Assembly: GCA_965207375.1 (NCBI GenBank)
Contig: OZ242274.1
Coordinates: 160,001-224,000 of the forward strand
Source of the DNA: Nitrosopumilaceae archaeon
Lineage (GTDB): Archaea > Thermoproteota > Nitrososphaeria > Nitrososphaerales > Nitrosopumilaceae
DNA: 64,000 bases
Reading direction: 5' to 3'
Shown: piece after piece, positions 31,701 to 39,228 of the stretch
Position numbering within the stretch: position 1 is the stretch's first letter
How the letters are laid out: each line of letters begins with the position of its first letter
The notes under the pieces: generated by a model
The model's database searches: none
Told to the model about the DNA's origin: nothing
The model's input: only the letters and a program-made list of their open reading frames with translations
Translations under genes and position numbers: made by a program

Positions 31701-34609
31701 TCTGATCTAAGATCATCTATGGCTTGTGTCAGAATCTGACCTGCGTCGTATGCGGCGTATGCATGTCTGTCAAAGATGTTACCAAAACTGTCAAGATTAA
31801 CACGATCAGAAGGACTCTGATTTTGTAGAGAGGTCTTCAATGCTGTTTGATCATCAGTGTTGTCACTTAGTGCAAACTTTATCGTCTGCATGTTTGTGGC
31901 TTTTAGTAATGCAATAGCATCATCGTTTATAGTAGTACCGAATGCACCACTTGGAACATCAGGAATGATGAACTTTGTGGTCTCGATTCCTTCAAAAACA
32001 TAAGTGCCGTCAGTATTTTTCATGGCAAGTTTTTCTATCAATTTATCAAGTCCCTCTTGATTATATTCAAGAATCACGATTGCGGTTCTTGAATCAAGTG
32101 GATTTTGCAATAAACCATTAGAAGTTGCTTTTAGAACACTGTCAAACTCGGTAGATATGTTCTTTGCGTCAGCATCGTATGGAATAACTCTGTGTTCGTT
32201 ACCGTATACTCCGGTTAATGCAGTGACATAATCATGACTCCATGCATCATCAAGATGTATGGAGATGATTTGGTCATAATCATTATCTGGAATCAGTTTT
32301 GTTACTATATCGGTCACCTGACGAGAGCTATCAACGGTAAGTCTGAAGATGCCATCATCTTGTACAGCAAATGATTTTGCTGCTGAAGAGTAACTTAACA
32401 AGACAATGTCTCCATTATCTGTACCGATCTTGCCGGTGTTGTTAAGAGTCCTCAACTGTTCTGAGGTGTAAGTACCTACTGCTCCTTTAGCGCCTGTATT
32501 TAGTACATCCTGTATAGCGGTTGTTCCCAAAGTTATTCTCTTTGGAGCATAGTCATTATCGGTAACAACATCGGTAACAGCTTTATCAAATGCTGTTCCA
32601 AAGTGTTGCGATTCGTAATCACGACCGTCGTATAGTAATGGAATTGGTGTTGGTTGTACTTGTGGTTCTGGTGCTGGCTTTACGGTTATAACAACAGTGT
32701 GTGTATCAGAGGTTGCTTCATATTCGTCAGTTGCTGTAAACTCTATGGCTACAGAACCTGCTGTTTTTGGAGTGAATACAAAGACATCATCATTGTTTGG
32801 TGATGTTGTTTCTGTATTGTTTGCACTGTACTTCATAATGTTACCAGTAGTGTCAACTGCATTAACAGTCAGTCTCAATGATTGACCTACTGTTGCATTT
32901 GCTACACCACTAACCGATGATATGACTGGAGCTGCGTTATCACTTAGTTCTTTACAAGAAGAAGGATTAGTACCATTCAATAATACTAGACCACTGCCTG
33001 ATGTGTTACAATGTAAAGCAACATCGACTGATGTACCGTTATCGGTATTCACCAATGATATGTTTACAGTACCTTCAGGTAATGAACTAATGTCATAATT
33101 GAATAGATTATATCCATAGTTTCCATCGTTGGTATTGACCAAAGAGGCTTGTAGTTCCTCGCCGGTAATACCAAGGTCAATTAGTACGGTGCTTACTGTG
33201 TTACCACTTTTAGCATCGTCAAGAATTGCTCTGTCGCTGAATGCATTCACATTTGTTTTGTTATCTTCTGTACCATCATAAGACACTGTGATTTGTCCGT
33301 CGCTATTTGCTCCACTACCTAAGGTAATTGGGCTTCCAGTCCTAAGACTTGGAATTATTTTGTAGCTAGGGTCACTTAATGAAATGTCCTCGTCTGCTCT
33401 GGTATTTTTGTTAATATCAGCATCGACAAGAACGACCGGTATTAGTTCACCGCTGTTCCAAGTGGCAGATGCGGGTTGAATGTCAATTGTAGCAAATGCG
33501 TGAGTTACTAGGACAGATGCTGGACCGTCATTGTAATCTACAGTAGCTGACGTGCCTCTATCTGCATCATCGATGATTTTGAGTACAGATTTGTCAGACT
33601 CGTCATAAGTACCAAAGATTCCACTGTTAGGTCCTTGTTCTGTGACAGTTATTGCAGCCGGAACTCCGTCGACAGGATTAGAATCGCTGTTATCCTGAAT
33701 TTCAATGATGTCGTTACCCTGTGTACCTTTGTTTAGTAACAATTTACAATCAGAGCACATCAAATCAGGATCAGACGGATCTATGCTGTCACGTGCTGTG
33801 TTAGTTCCTTCACCGCCATTATCATCAAAGAGATGGTAATAGGCTTCACCGTCGCCTTCTGGATCTGAGTTGAACGTCCAAACATCCTCGTCAGTTGGGT
33901 CAATGTTTAACCATGCATCAGTAATAGTTGCATGAACTTGTGCTCCTTGTGGATAAGAAGTTCTGTCCAGCATTATACCTGCAAAGTCGTCAACAGTATC
34001 AAAGGTTAATGTGGTGCTTTGTGCACCGCCACCTTTGTTATACTGTACTACAACATTGCCACCTTGACTGAATGTGTAGAGTTGGATGAATGGCCATGCA
34101 TTGGCATCAACGCCAATTTGACCACTACCAAAACTGTTTATGTTCTTCTCTTCTCTTACAACATTGACATTATCGCCATTATTGTAAAAGAGTCCATCAG
34201 CTTCAAATTCAGTAAGATCAATATCACTAGCAGAACCAGATGTACCAAAGTCCAATCCATTATCAGTACCATCAGCTAACTCTGCCATTTCTTTATCAGC
34301 AAAGTAACCATACCAGTTACCGTCAGTTGCTTGAACCATTCTCAGGTTGTTGCCATTAACAGTAACGTCAGGTTCTCCCTCGCCTTCATTAGTATCAGAG
34401 ATAGATGAATCAATTATTGTCACCTCAATTACTTGAGGTCCGGACATGTAATTGTCAAATTTTGAGTTTTCTGCGGAGACGAACAAGTTCGCGTTGGCAG
34501 CATAGGCCTCTGGTACCATTCCTGGTACTGCAAAGGTCATTCCACCAGCGACCATAATTGTCATTAGTGTTAGACTAGTTAATTTTCGTTGTATTTGTTG
34601 TTGTTTCAT
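25790..34609 (-). CDS. Giant SlaA-type S-layer protein with inserted Ig-like, 2x periplasmic-binding and 2x FN3 domains
   Basis: N-terminus RKLTSLTLMTIMVAGGMTFAVPG...ANLFVSAENS..NYMSGPQVIEV and C-terminus ...AFVWESVDNPTALSP are typical of Nitrosopumilus S-layer proteins; central insert of ~1350 aa. Confidence 0.88.
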   Translation of the reverse strand: MKQQQIQRKLTSLTLMTIMVAGGMTFAVPGMVPEAYAANANLFVSAENSKFDNYMSGPQVIEVTIIDSSISDTNEGEGEPDVTVNGNNLRMVQATDGNWYGYFADKEMAELADGTDNGLDFGTSGSASDIDLTEFEADGLFYNNGDNVNVVREEKNINSFGSGQIGVDANAWPFIQLYTFSQGGNVVVQYNKGGGAQSTTLTFDTVDDFAGIMLDRTSYPQGAQVHATITDAWLNIDPTDEDVWTFNSDPEGDGEAYYHLFDDNGGEGTNTARDSIDPSDPDLMCSDCKLLLNKGTQGNDIIEIQDNSDSNPVDGVPAAITVTEQGPNSGIFGTYDESDKSVLKIIDDADRGTSATVDYNDGPASVLVTHAFATIDIQPASATWNSGELIPVVLVDADINKNTRADEDISLSDPSYKIIPSLRTGSPITLGSGANSDGQITVSYDGTEDNKTNVNAFSDRAILDDAKSGNTVSTVLIDLGITGEELQASLVNTNDGNYGYNLFNYDISSLPEGTVNISLVNTDNGTSVDVALHCNTSGSGLVLLNGTNPSSCKELSDNAAPVISSVSGVANATVGQSLRLTVNAVDTTGNIMKYSANNTETTSPNNDDVFVFTPKTAGSVAIEFTATDEYEATSDTHTVVITVKPAPEPQVQPTPIPLLYDGRDYESQHFGTAFDKAVTDVVTDNDYAPKRITLGTTAIQDVLNTGAKGAVGTYTSEQLRTLNNTGKIGTDNGDIVLLSYSSAAKSFAVQDDGIFRLTVDSSRQVTDIVTKLIPDNDYDQIISIHLDDAWSHDYVTALTGVYGNEHRVIPYDADAKNISTEFDSVLKATSNGLLQNPLDSRTAIVILEYNQEGLDKLIEKLAMKNTDGTYVFEGIETTKFIIPDVPSGAFGTTINDDAIALLKATNMQTIKFALSDNTDDQTALKTSLQNQSPSDRVNLDSFGNIFDRHAYAAYDAGQILTQAIDDLRSEDGELDYTSEQLNKRIPIVANDYSPNALIYNTKLNADGDLACMVYDIFEIDDSSGTFALKTPTQETTNAVECPKTIAEPNAPTGLIAQGRDAAVALEWKAPSTGTPATGYTVQQSTDGTNFVDSTTVTGTTAMVTGLTNGQTYHFRVLATNAQGAGPASNVDTAIPSATATIPEQVTGLNATVGDTQVTLEWNQPHDGNSQILNYTVQYSADAGNTFTPVTVTGTTATITGLTNDQNYIFKVSATNAEGTGPASINVPATPTAPANADPVISSVTGARTVTVGQSLTLTVVATDADTSDTLIYTEDNAETLPTNTANVFTFTPTAQGSVNILFTVSDGNGGSDTETVTITVNAAQTNGGSSNTAPDLDPIGDKFVNVDETLTFTVNATDADGDSITYNMTPRLTGVTFDNRTGEFTWTPSSSGTHRVTFTAADASGMDSETITITVNRPPVLAEIGDITHQEGTALSFTLSAPDPDGDRVNYNVIGKPTGSTLVGHTFTWNTPTESVTNNVMFTASDGKGGFDRESITITITAPAPTPVVIPDRVAFDAGDVNIPMLYLNIADNYEQQFFEAFGIAIGDYHNEDRRQQNTTIYDVRYNITAGTTADIDPIVRDEHIGVVGTYSSEQLTKYKDESRIVFLSYASTASTLSLDDNIFRLTMDNKRQTAEVLKPQLDNATIANVITIHRDDAWSADFKDQLVTLYGNNHKEIAYNSSATDLTGEIMSKLTPANVGTIAANTAIVILGFGEVETVIMELSKTHTNGTYIYTGIETTNIFIPDLAATVPAALDADGIALLKATDMKTIKFALDSANAKKLHDIANQGNEYADRHVYAAYDAGQIMARAIDQLGKDGTAEQLKQILPDVARAYNASSLTHSTILGANGDLECTIYDVLEIADDATATSFTYKAADPVNTCASTSSIPMLNSPQLVSCIDCAINSFGEIFGQTVQVDQTDKAHTHNATITNILDIHDDSELAILIEYHKDNVKTNAKTDAKADPIVLDFFAFGFGDDGRTANQIVRLELEETGDNTDTFVGGLEYTMLNQLNILDADTYKGLSPISDEPTFIVMEDLTDEDSPRVNYLDLGADGVSTQIADQQAAPSHSGVVSLDSKSYKVADTVIVKLTDADLNVDSDLIDIFTVVEDGDLADTVGKDVSKSYSKSIGANKTISESGNPLGRILDVTFDDETWTVNECGDDPNSDDGLHETGFTLIETETASGVFTGSFQIPAMYCPTEINGENNDDGKRLSVTGTDIEVNYLDYRDESGEIIEVGDSAGVRASTGSISLDRTVYPVPFADNAFPLHPSIDTSDGSKFKDEGASGYLPQGDAIIHVRVSDPDYDLSASGEDTIASGTKGPIEVTVSRGQASKIVATAGGENVIEATNTTAKEYGPITEIAPDAGIFEADIPISYNDGPTNDCPVYPNAANNIFKDGCILQGDIITVQYEDPTDASGEPNTITDSATFDLRNAVLQSGKSVYIIGSDMILTLIEPDFDLDNDGAETYPLDLIEWDSDAGTTSMGKYGTDAAAFDPEPADFRETGDSTGVFQVVVEVPAELGGDKLERGEEIELEYTDWGPSGSDHVGDEDEDINLTIFTSNFGSTVELDQKVYTWTDKVYITIVAPDHNFDSDLVDEIGNTGDDPIKIATRGDDLDQYKLVETGPNTGIFTGEVILTGFAHDANGDGEKDDARAITGDGKGQTDNLGPTNGFLATEDDDGLSISFEFSEDETVVGSALIRWNIGEVQWLEASYAASGTGVIRVIDPDMNLNPESVDNFEVNVWSDSDVGGIDLTVTETNQATGIFEGTAFFTVSDTSSGHRLRVSEGDTVTAEYNDRTLPDPHDTSDEIDITATTQIGSIIPPLERAPATNLRVVDAFSNTLDTVDVDQQVQITADLANGQDKDQPFAYIVQIQDSSSVTVALAWVSGTLTPSQSFSPALSWTPSEAGTYTATAFVWESVDNPTALSPPNELTITVN

Positions 34610-34826
34610 GTTATTGGTTTTTATCTGAAAACTAAGCAATTTTCCCTAGTTTTGACCTGTATCATAACCACTGGGCGTGATTTTTTGCCATTTTAGGCGA
34701 TAAAGCCACAAAATGATTAACCACTAACCTGTTAACACCCTCTCAAGTGACGAACCAATAGTCCATTTGTCTTATATCCTACGTATTGTATCATTAATCT
34801 TGGATAACTTGCTTCTCAAAAGATGG

Positions 34827-34926
34827 GTAACACTTCGACTTTCTGAAGTTATGTGCGTAAAAAACGCCAAACTCTTGATTTTTACATTTGATTCAGGCAT
34901 AGTACTTCATAAAGTCGATCTGTTAC
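34827..34926. mobile_element. 100-bp IS66-family MITE, copy 1
   Basis: GTAAC...GTTAC imperfect TIRs; 8-bp TSD AAAGATGG. Confidence 0.9.
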
Positions 34927-35078
34927 AAAGATGGATCATTTGTCCATTTGTCTTATATAGTTAGTTTTCAGATAGAAATTAATCATTTTTCATTCATAAA
35001 TCTGATTGAGCGTAAAGCCTGCGGTTATAGGAACAGTGTTTTGATGGTCCCAGAGGCTAGGACGCAGGCACGATACAG

Positions 35079-35969
35079 TCAATCGGTAAAATAGTCATCA
35101 TCGACCTTTTTTACCTCAAAGGTGTCCCTTACATTCACGCCTAGATTATACTCGTACATGTATTCAGTCAGCATATTGCCGTTGATTAGGATGATTTTTG
35201 CATCGATGTTTTTTACAAAGTCGTATGTGTCACTTGAAAAGGTAGAGGATGTTATGAATATGCCTTTTTTTGATTTTTTACTTGACAGAGCCCCTACAAA
35301 ATCCCTTACCTGGTGTATTGGTACTGTATTTTGCCATCTTTTTGCCTGAAAGTATATCTCATCTAAGCCTAATTTGTCCTCCTTTACTACACCGTCTATT
35401 CCACCATCACCTGTTCTCCCTAGCACCTTATGATCAATTCCATATCCCATTTTTCTAATCAAATCTAGCACGAGTCTCTCAAAAAATTCCGGAGTGTTTT
35501 CGTTAATCTTTTCAAGTAGTTCGTTCTCAACTTCACTTCTAATGATTCCATGACCTGTACTTAGCATCTCCTCTGGAGTATATTCAACGGAGAGCGAAGA
35601 TTCTTCCTTGTGTTCCTTTCTTTTAGCTAACATGTTGGAGTGATATTGGTGATATTTTGGAATTGTCAGTAGGTATTTGCGGTCTATGCGTGCAGGTTTT
35701 CTTTTTAAGGTGTTCTGACCGTCCTCGGTTATAGAAATAATGTTTTTTGTCTTATCTACCAAACCTGCTTTTTTTAGATCAGCTATGACCCATCTAACTT
35801 TGTTTTGGAATAATGTTTCACGACCACGTTTTGTGAGTTGATTACGTTCCGCATCTGTCAGATCAAATTTTTCTTCAAGGGGTTTGATTAATTCACGTAG
35901 ATGAATGCTTTTTTTATTATCACAAATACTCAAAATTGATAATCCTAACTCCCAATATTTTGGACGCAT
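35079..35969 (-). CDS. mrr: Mrr-family type IV restriction endonuclease
   Basis: Mrr N-terminal wHTH (FQNKVRW), GDGGIDG, QAKRW, GIFITSS. Confidence 0.92.
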   Translation of the reverse strand: MRPKYWELGLSILSICDNKKSIHLRELIKPLEEKFDLTDAERNQLTKRGRETLFQNKVRWVIADLKKAGLVDKTKNIISITEDGQNTLKRKPARIDRKYLLTIPKYHQYHSNMLAKRKEHKEESSLSVEYTPEEMLSTGHGIIRSEVENELLEKINENTPEFFERLVLDLIRKMGYGIDHKVLGRTGDGGIDGVVKEDKLGLDEIYFQAKRWQNTVPIHQVRDFVGALSSKKSKKGIFITSSTFSSDTYDFVKNIDAKIILINGNMLTEYMYEYNLGVNVRDTFEVKKVDDDYFTD

Positions 35970-36157
35970 GAAAATGGCATGGTTCAGTACTATAATTTGG
36001 TATCGAACCAGTCAAGATTTCAGATGAATTGTAGGTACATGTGTTATCGTGTTAATACTTTTTGTAGGATTTAGTCATTTGTATGAAGGAAATTAGAATC
36101 TGACTAGAGTTAGTTCTCTTTGGGGAAGGTCAGAATCTGGAAAGTGTTGGGTGTTAG

Positions 36158-36538
36158 TCATGCTTTTTTTCTCTCAAATGCTATGAAAATCACTGTAGAC
36201 CCGTCAAATTGGTAAATTATTGTAACACTTCGACTTTCTGAAGTTATGTGCGTAAAAAACGCCAAACTCTTGATTTTTACATTTGATTCAGGCATAGTAC
36301 TTCATAAAGTCGATCTGTTACAAATTATTATCCAACCAGTATTAAATTCTAATTTTTTATAATCACCCTCAGAACATGTTGCACATCCTCCAATATTATT
36401 TGGAGTCGGATGATTTGCAATTTGTATCGTGTAATTATTTATATCATATTTGTCCTTCGTGTCCCGAAGTATTGAATGTTTAACATAAAATCTTGGTTTG
36501 TATTTACGATTCCATTGTGTTTGTGTTTTCTTATACAT
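36158..36538 (-). pseudogene. RelE/YafQ-like toxin interrupted by MITE
   Basis: Removing MITE plus one TSD restores a 90-aa ORF MYKKTQTQWNRKYK...NTGWIIIYQFDGSTVIFIAFERKKA. Confidence 0.6.
36222..36321. mobile_element. 100-bp IS66-family MITE, copy 2 (identical to copy 1)
   Basis: Same sequence as 34827-34926; 8-bp TSD AAATTATT. Confidence 0.9.
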
Positions 36539-36662
36539 CCAATTCGTCCTTGCTTTCCAACCCCAACTCATCATCAATTTTGGACTGGACTATGTGATCA
36601 TTATCACTGTCTTCCCAGGTGGTAGGCACAATATCCTTTTCAAATTTGGATAAATTAGTCAT
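36531..36662 (-). CDS. 43-aa acidic putative antitoxin
   Basis: MTNLSKFEKDIVPTTWEDSDNDHIVQSKIDDELGLESKDELDV; stop overlaps the toxin ATG (ATGTATAA). Confidence 0.45.
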   Translation of the reverse strand: MTNLSKFEKDIVPTTWEDSDNDHIVQSKIDDELGLESKDELDV

Positions 36663-36778
36663 TAGTCATACAAATTAATTGCTAGTTAAAAACATTCCTT
36701 ACACTTTTTCGGCATTATGAATTATCGTCTTCCAATCAAGAGATAGCTGGTCGAATTTCGTTATCTGAGTCATCTTGT

Positions 36779-36913
36779 TCATGTCTGATACTTCCTGCAA
36801 TCTCTATTACCACATCTAGCGATTTTCATTTTTGTAATGATATTATTACCACAATACTTGCATTTTATCTCCCTAAGTTTACCCTTCTCTGTGTATTTTT
36901 TTGGAAGACCCAT
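36779..36913 (-). CDS. 44-aa zinc-ribbon microprotein (paralog of 18689-18835)
   Basis: MGLPKKYTEKGKLREIKCKYCGNNIITKMKIARCGNRDCRKYQT; SD-like GAGGTGA upstream. Confidence 0.65.
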   Translation of the reverse strand: MGLPKKYTEKGKLREIKCKYCGNNIITKMKIARCGNRDCRKYQT

Positions 36914-36940
36914 AGTAATGATCACCTCTGCTGGTTATTA

Positions 36941-36999
36941 TAGGTAATGCCCTAATGTATAGGCAATATCCTATATGTTAAAATATAGGATGTGGACTA
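36941..36999. promoter_or_regulatory. Tandem TAGG-N6-CCTA operator-like boxes in a divergent intergenic region
   Basis: TAGGTAATGCCCTA (36941), TAGGCAATATCCTA (36960) and degenerate TAGGATGTGGACTA. Confidence 0.5.
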
Positions 37000-37007
37000 T
37001 ACAAAGT

Positions 37008-37316
37008 ATGAATGTTTACGCAGGAATACACACAAAAAATCCCAAGGTAACCATCACCTGTAGGAACTGCAAGGTTCAAAAAATCATGAAATACAATGAG
37101 ATGATTGCAGGCGAGATCAAATGCGATTGTCCGGATAACAAAAAGCCGGTAATGTCAACGTATGAGATTTTTGAACAAATCCACAAAGAGTATGCAGAGG
37201 CCGTCAAGTCCGGCCCATCTGCAATACAAGAGTGTCCAATATGCAAATACAAATCATGTCTCCCAACAAGGTTTGAATTTCACATAAAGGCACATCAACA
37301 CAGAGGTGAGGCATAA
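37008..37316 (+). CDS. Zinc-finger protein
   Basis: CRNC...CDC and CPIC...HIKAH. Confidence 0.6.
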   Translation: MNVYAGIHTKNPKVTITCRNCKVQKIMKYNEMIAGEIKCDCPDNKKPVMSTYEIFEQIHKEYAEAVKSGPSAIQECPICKYKSCLPTRFEFHIKAHQHRGEA

Positions 37317-37317
37317 T

Positions 37318-37512
37318 ATGCCTTTACACAAATTTGATTTTGAGTGCAAGTTTTGCGGTTATGTCAAGTATTGCACTCTGGCTGATGCACAAGAGCATGT
37401 CAGAGAGTGTCAGGGCATAGACGAATGTGCACAGGAAAACTATGACTGGACTGAGCAAGGCAGAGAGAATCACGCATTGCATACCTACAATTCTAGAAGA
37501 TGGGTTGAATGA
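37318..37512 (+). CDS. Small zinc-finger protein
   Basis: CKFC...HVREC; SD GAGGTGAGG upstream. Confidence 0.55.
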   Translation: MPLHKFDFECKFCGYVKYCTLADAQEHVRECQGIDECAQENYDWTEQGRENHALHTYNSRRWVE

Positions 37513-37630
37513 AGGCTAAATGCCTAACCCCCTTTTTTATTTTAAATTTCGAATTTAGTGACAATCCACTAAAGGCCGTCAAACTGCATGTTATCAAGCC
37601 ACGTTCTTAATTTTTATTTTTTTAAAGTCA

Positions 37631-39097
37631 CTATGGGCATGCTATGGGAACACCAGTATTATTAATGAAAGTAAAACATTCACTATTTATTTCACTTCCA
37701 TCTGGGTTTAGGTTCATGCGATGATAGATTCCATTCTTATCATGGTACACATGCCACCATAACTGTCCAGTATCGGGATCCCATGATTTACTTACATTAT
37801 TTCCATTCTCATCAGTGTAATGATGGACTGATAACAGTCCATTTGTATAATACTCTTTTTGTACTATTCCATTCTCATCACCATAAAGATGCTTCTTTAA
37901 CTGTCCAGTTTCATACCATTCTTTCACCCACGCACCATCAACTTTCCACCAGCCATCAGTATTTGTATAGTTATACCCATGAATATATAATTGACCGTTT
38001 TCATACCATTGTTTTTCTACTTGAACCCCGTCTGCATCTGTCCATTTGTGGTGTGTTATGGTTTGGGTTCCATTATCTTTTTGAAGATCATAAAAAGATA
38101 TTCGTAAATTATATTTACCATCTATTTCATCTACTGATTCAGATTCAACAACTGATTCAGATTCAACAACTGGTGGTAATGGTTCGTGTATCTGGCCTAT
38201 TGCGCCTGATATAGATTTATGTACAAATGGTTGTCCTTGCCACCAGTGATGTTCTGGTTCCTTAGTCTCTCGTGCTGTTCCAGTAGGCAATATAGGCAAC
38301 ATTTCCCACATTTGGATTTTATCAAAGCCTTGCGGATGTTGTTCTACAATCAATAATAAAGAGTCATTACAATAACGTTCGTAACTATCACATATTGGAT
38401 GGCTCCAAGATTGTTCTATGTTAAATTGTATCTCATAAAACCCTGTCCGTTGATCAGGATAAACCGTCTGATTTACAACTATGCCAAGTCCACGATTCAT
38501 CGGAGCCGATTTGCTGTCCGTATATGATGTAAAACCGTAATTAGTACTATCCAACCGGTAATCATCTGTTACAATTATTGTAACCGGTGCATTTGATGTT
38601 GACGAGCCGTTTATGACCACTAATGATTCACCTGCTATTGTATTGATTGTTGTATTCAATAGATGTACTCTTCTATCAGATTCAATACTGGCGTCCTTGA
38701 TTTGTAGTTTCTCTTTCTTATTGTCAATGTTAGTATCTTTTCTGTCAATCTTGCTATTCTTTCTGTCAATTGCTTCCTCGAGTTTTACAATCTTGTTTTC
38801 TAATTTGTCAATCTTTGCATTTTTGTTGTCTAATTTAGATTCTAGTTTTTCAATTTTATTTTCAGTTTGGTTGTTTTTAGCTTTTAGTTTATCTCTTAAT
38901 TCTGCAATCTTTACATTTTTGTTCTGTTTATCTTCTTTTAGTTCTGTAATCTTAGTTTCTAGTCCTGTAATCGTTGCCTCTAGTTCTGCAATTTTAGCCT
39001 CTAACTCTGCAATAAGATCTGGATTTGCATAGACTACAGAACTTGATAATAGAGTAATTGAAAGTAATGCTATAATGGTAATGTGTAAAGTCTGCAC
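37631..39097 (-). CDS. Secreted coiled-coil protein with C-terminal MORN-variant/YwqK-like repeats
   Basis: Signal peptide, heptad coiled coil, WYENGQL / WYETGQL / YYTNGLL repeats. Confidence 0.8.
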   Translation of the reverse strand: MQTLHITIIALLSITLLSSSVVYANPDLIAELEAKIAELEATITGLETKITELKEDKQNKNVKIAELRDKLKAKNNQTENKIEKLESKLDNKNAKIDKLENKIVKLEEAIDRKNSKIDRKDTNIDNKKEKLQIKDASIESDRRVHLLNTTINTIAGESLVVINGSSTSNAPVTIIVTDDYRLDSTNYGFTSYTDSKSAPMNRGLGIVVNQTVYPDQRTGFYEIQFNIEQSWSHPICDSYERYCNDSLLLIVEQHPQGFDKIQMWEMLPILPTGTARETKEPEHHWWQGQPFVHKSISGAIGQIHEPLPPVVESESVVESESVDEIDGKYNLRISFYDLQKDNGTQTITHHKWTDADGVQVEKQWYENGQLYIHGYNYTNTDGWWKVDGAWVKEWYETGQLKKHLYGDENGIVQKEYYTNGLLSVHHYTDENGNNVSKSWDPDTGQLWWHVYHDKNGIYHRMNLNPDGSEINSECFTFINNTGVPIACP

Positions 39098-39146
39098 TGG
39101 CTTTAGGCAGGATTGTGAGTTATTAAATCAATCTGTCTGGTTCTTA

Positions 39147-39226
39147 CCTGCATGATATTTCATACATTCACAAATTACGGATATTGACTTTTGATTAGAC
39201 TTGGTATGTTAAAAAATTTGTTGATT
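39147..39226. repeat. 80-bp intergenic direct repeat, copy 1
   Basis: One mismatch versus 40896-40975. Confidence 0.88.
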
Positions 39227-39228
39227 TA

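Noticed and set aside
25794-34279. Many plus-strand ORFs inside the S-layer gene, and similar antisense ORFs in other genes
   Set aside because: Antisense shadows of long real genes
34827-36321. Composite transposon that delivered mrr
   Set aside because: Each MITE has its own distinct 8-bp TSD, so they inserted independently
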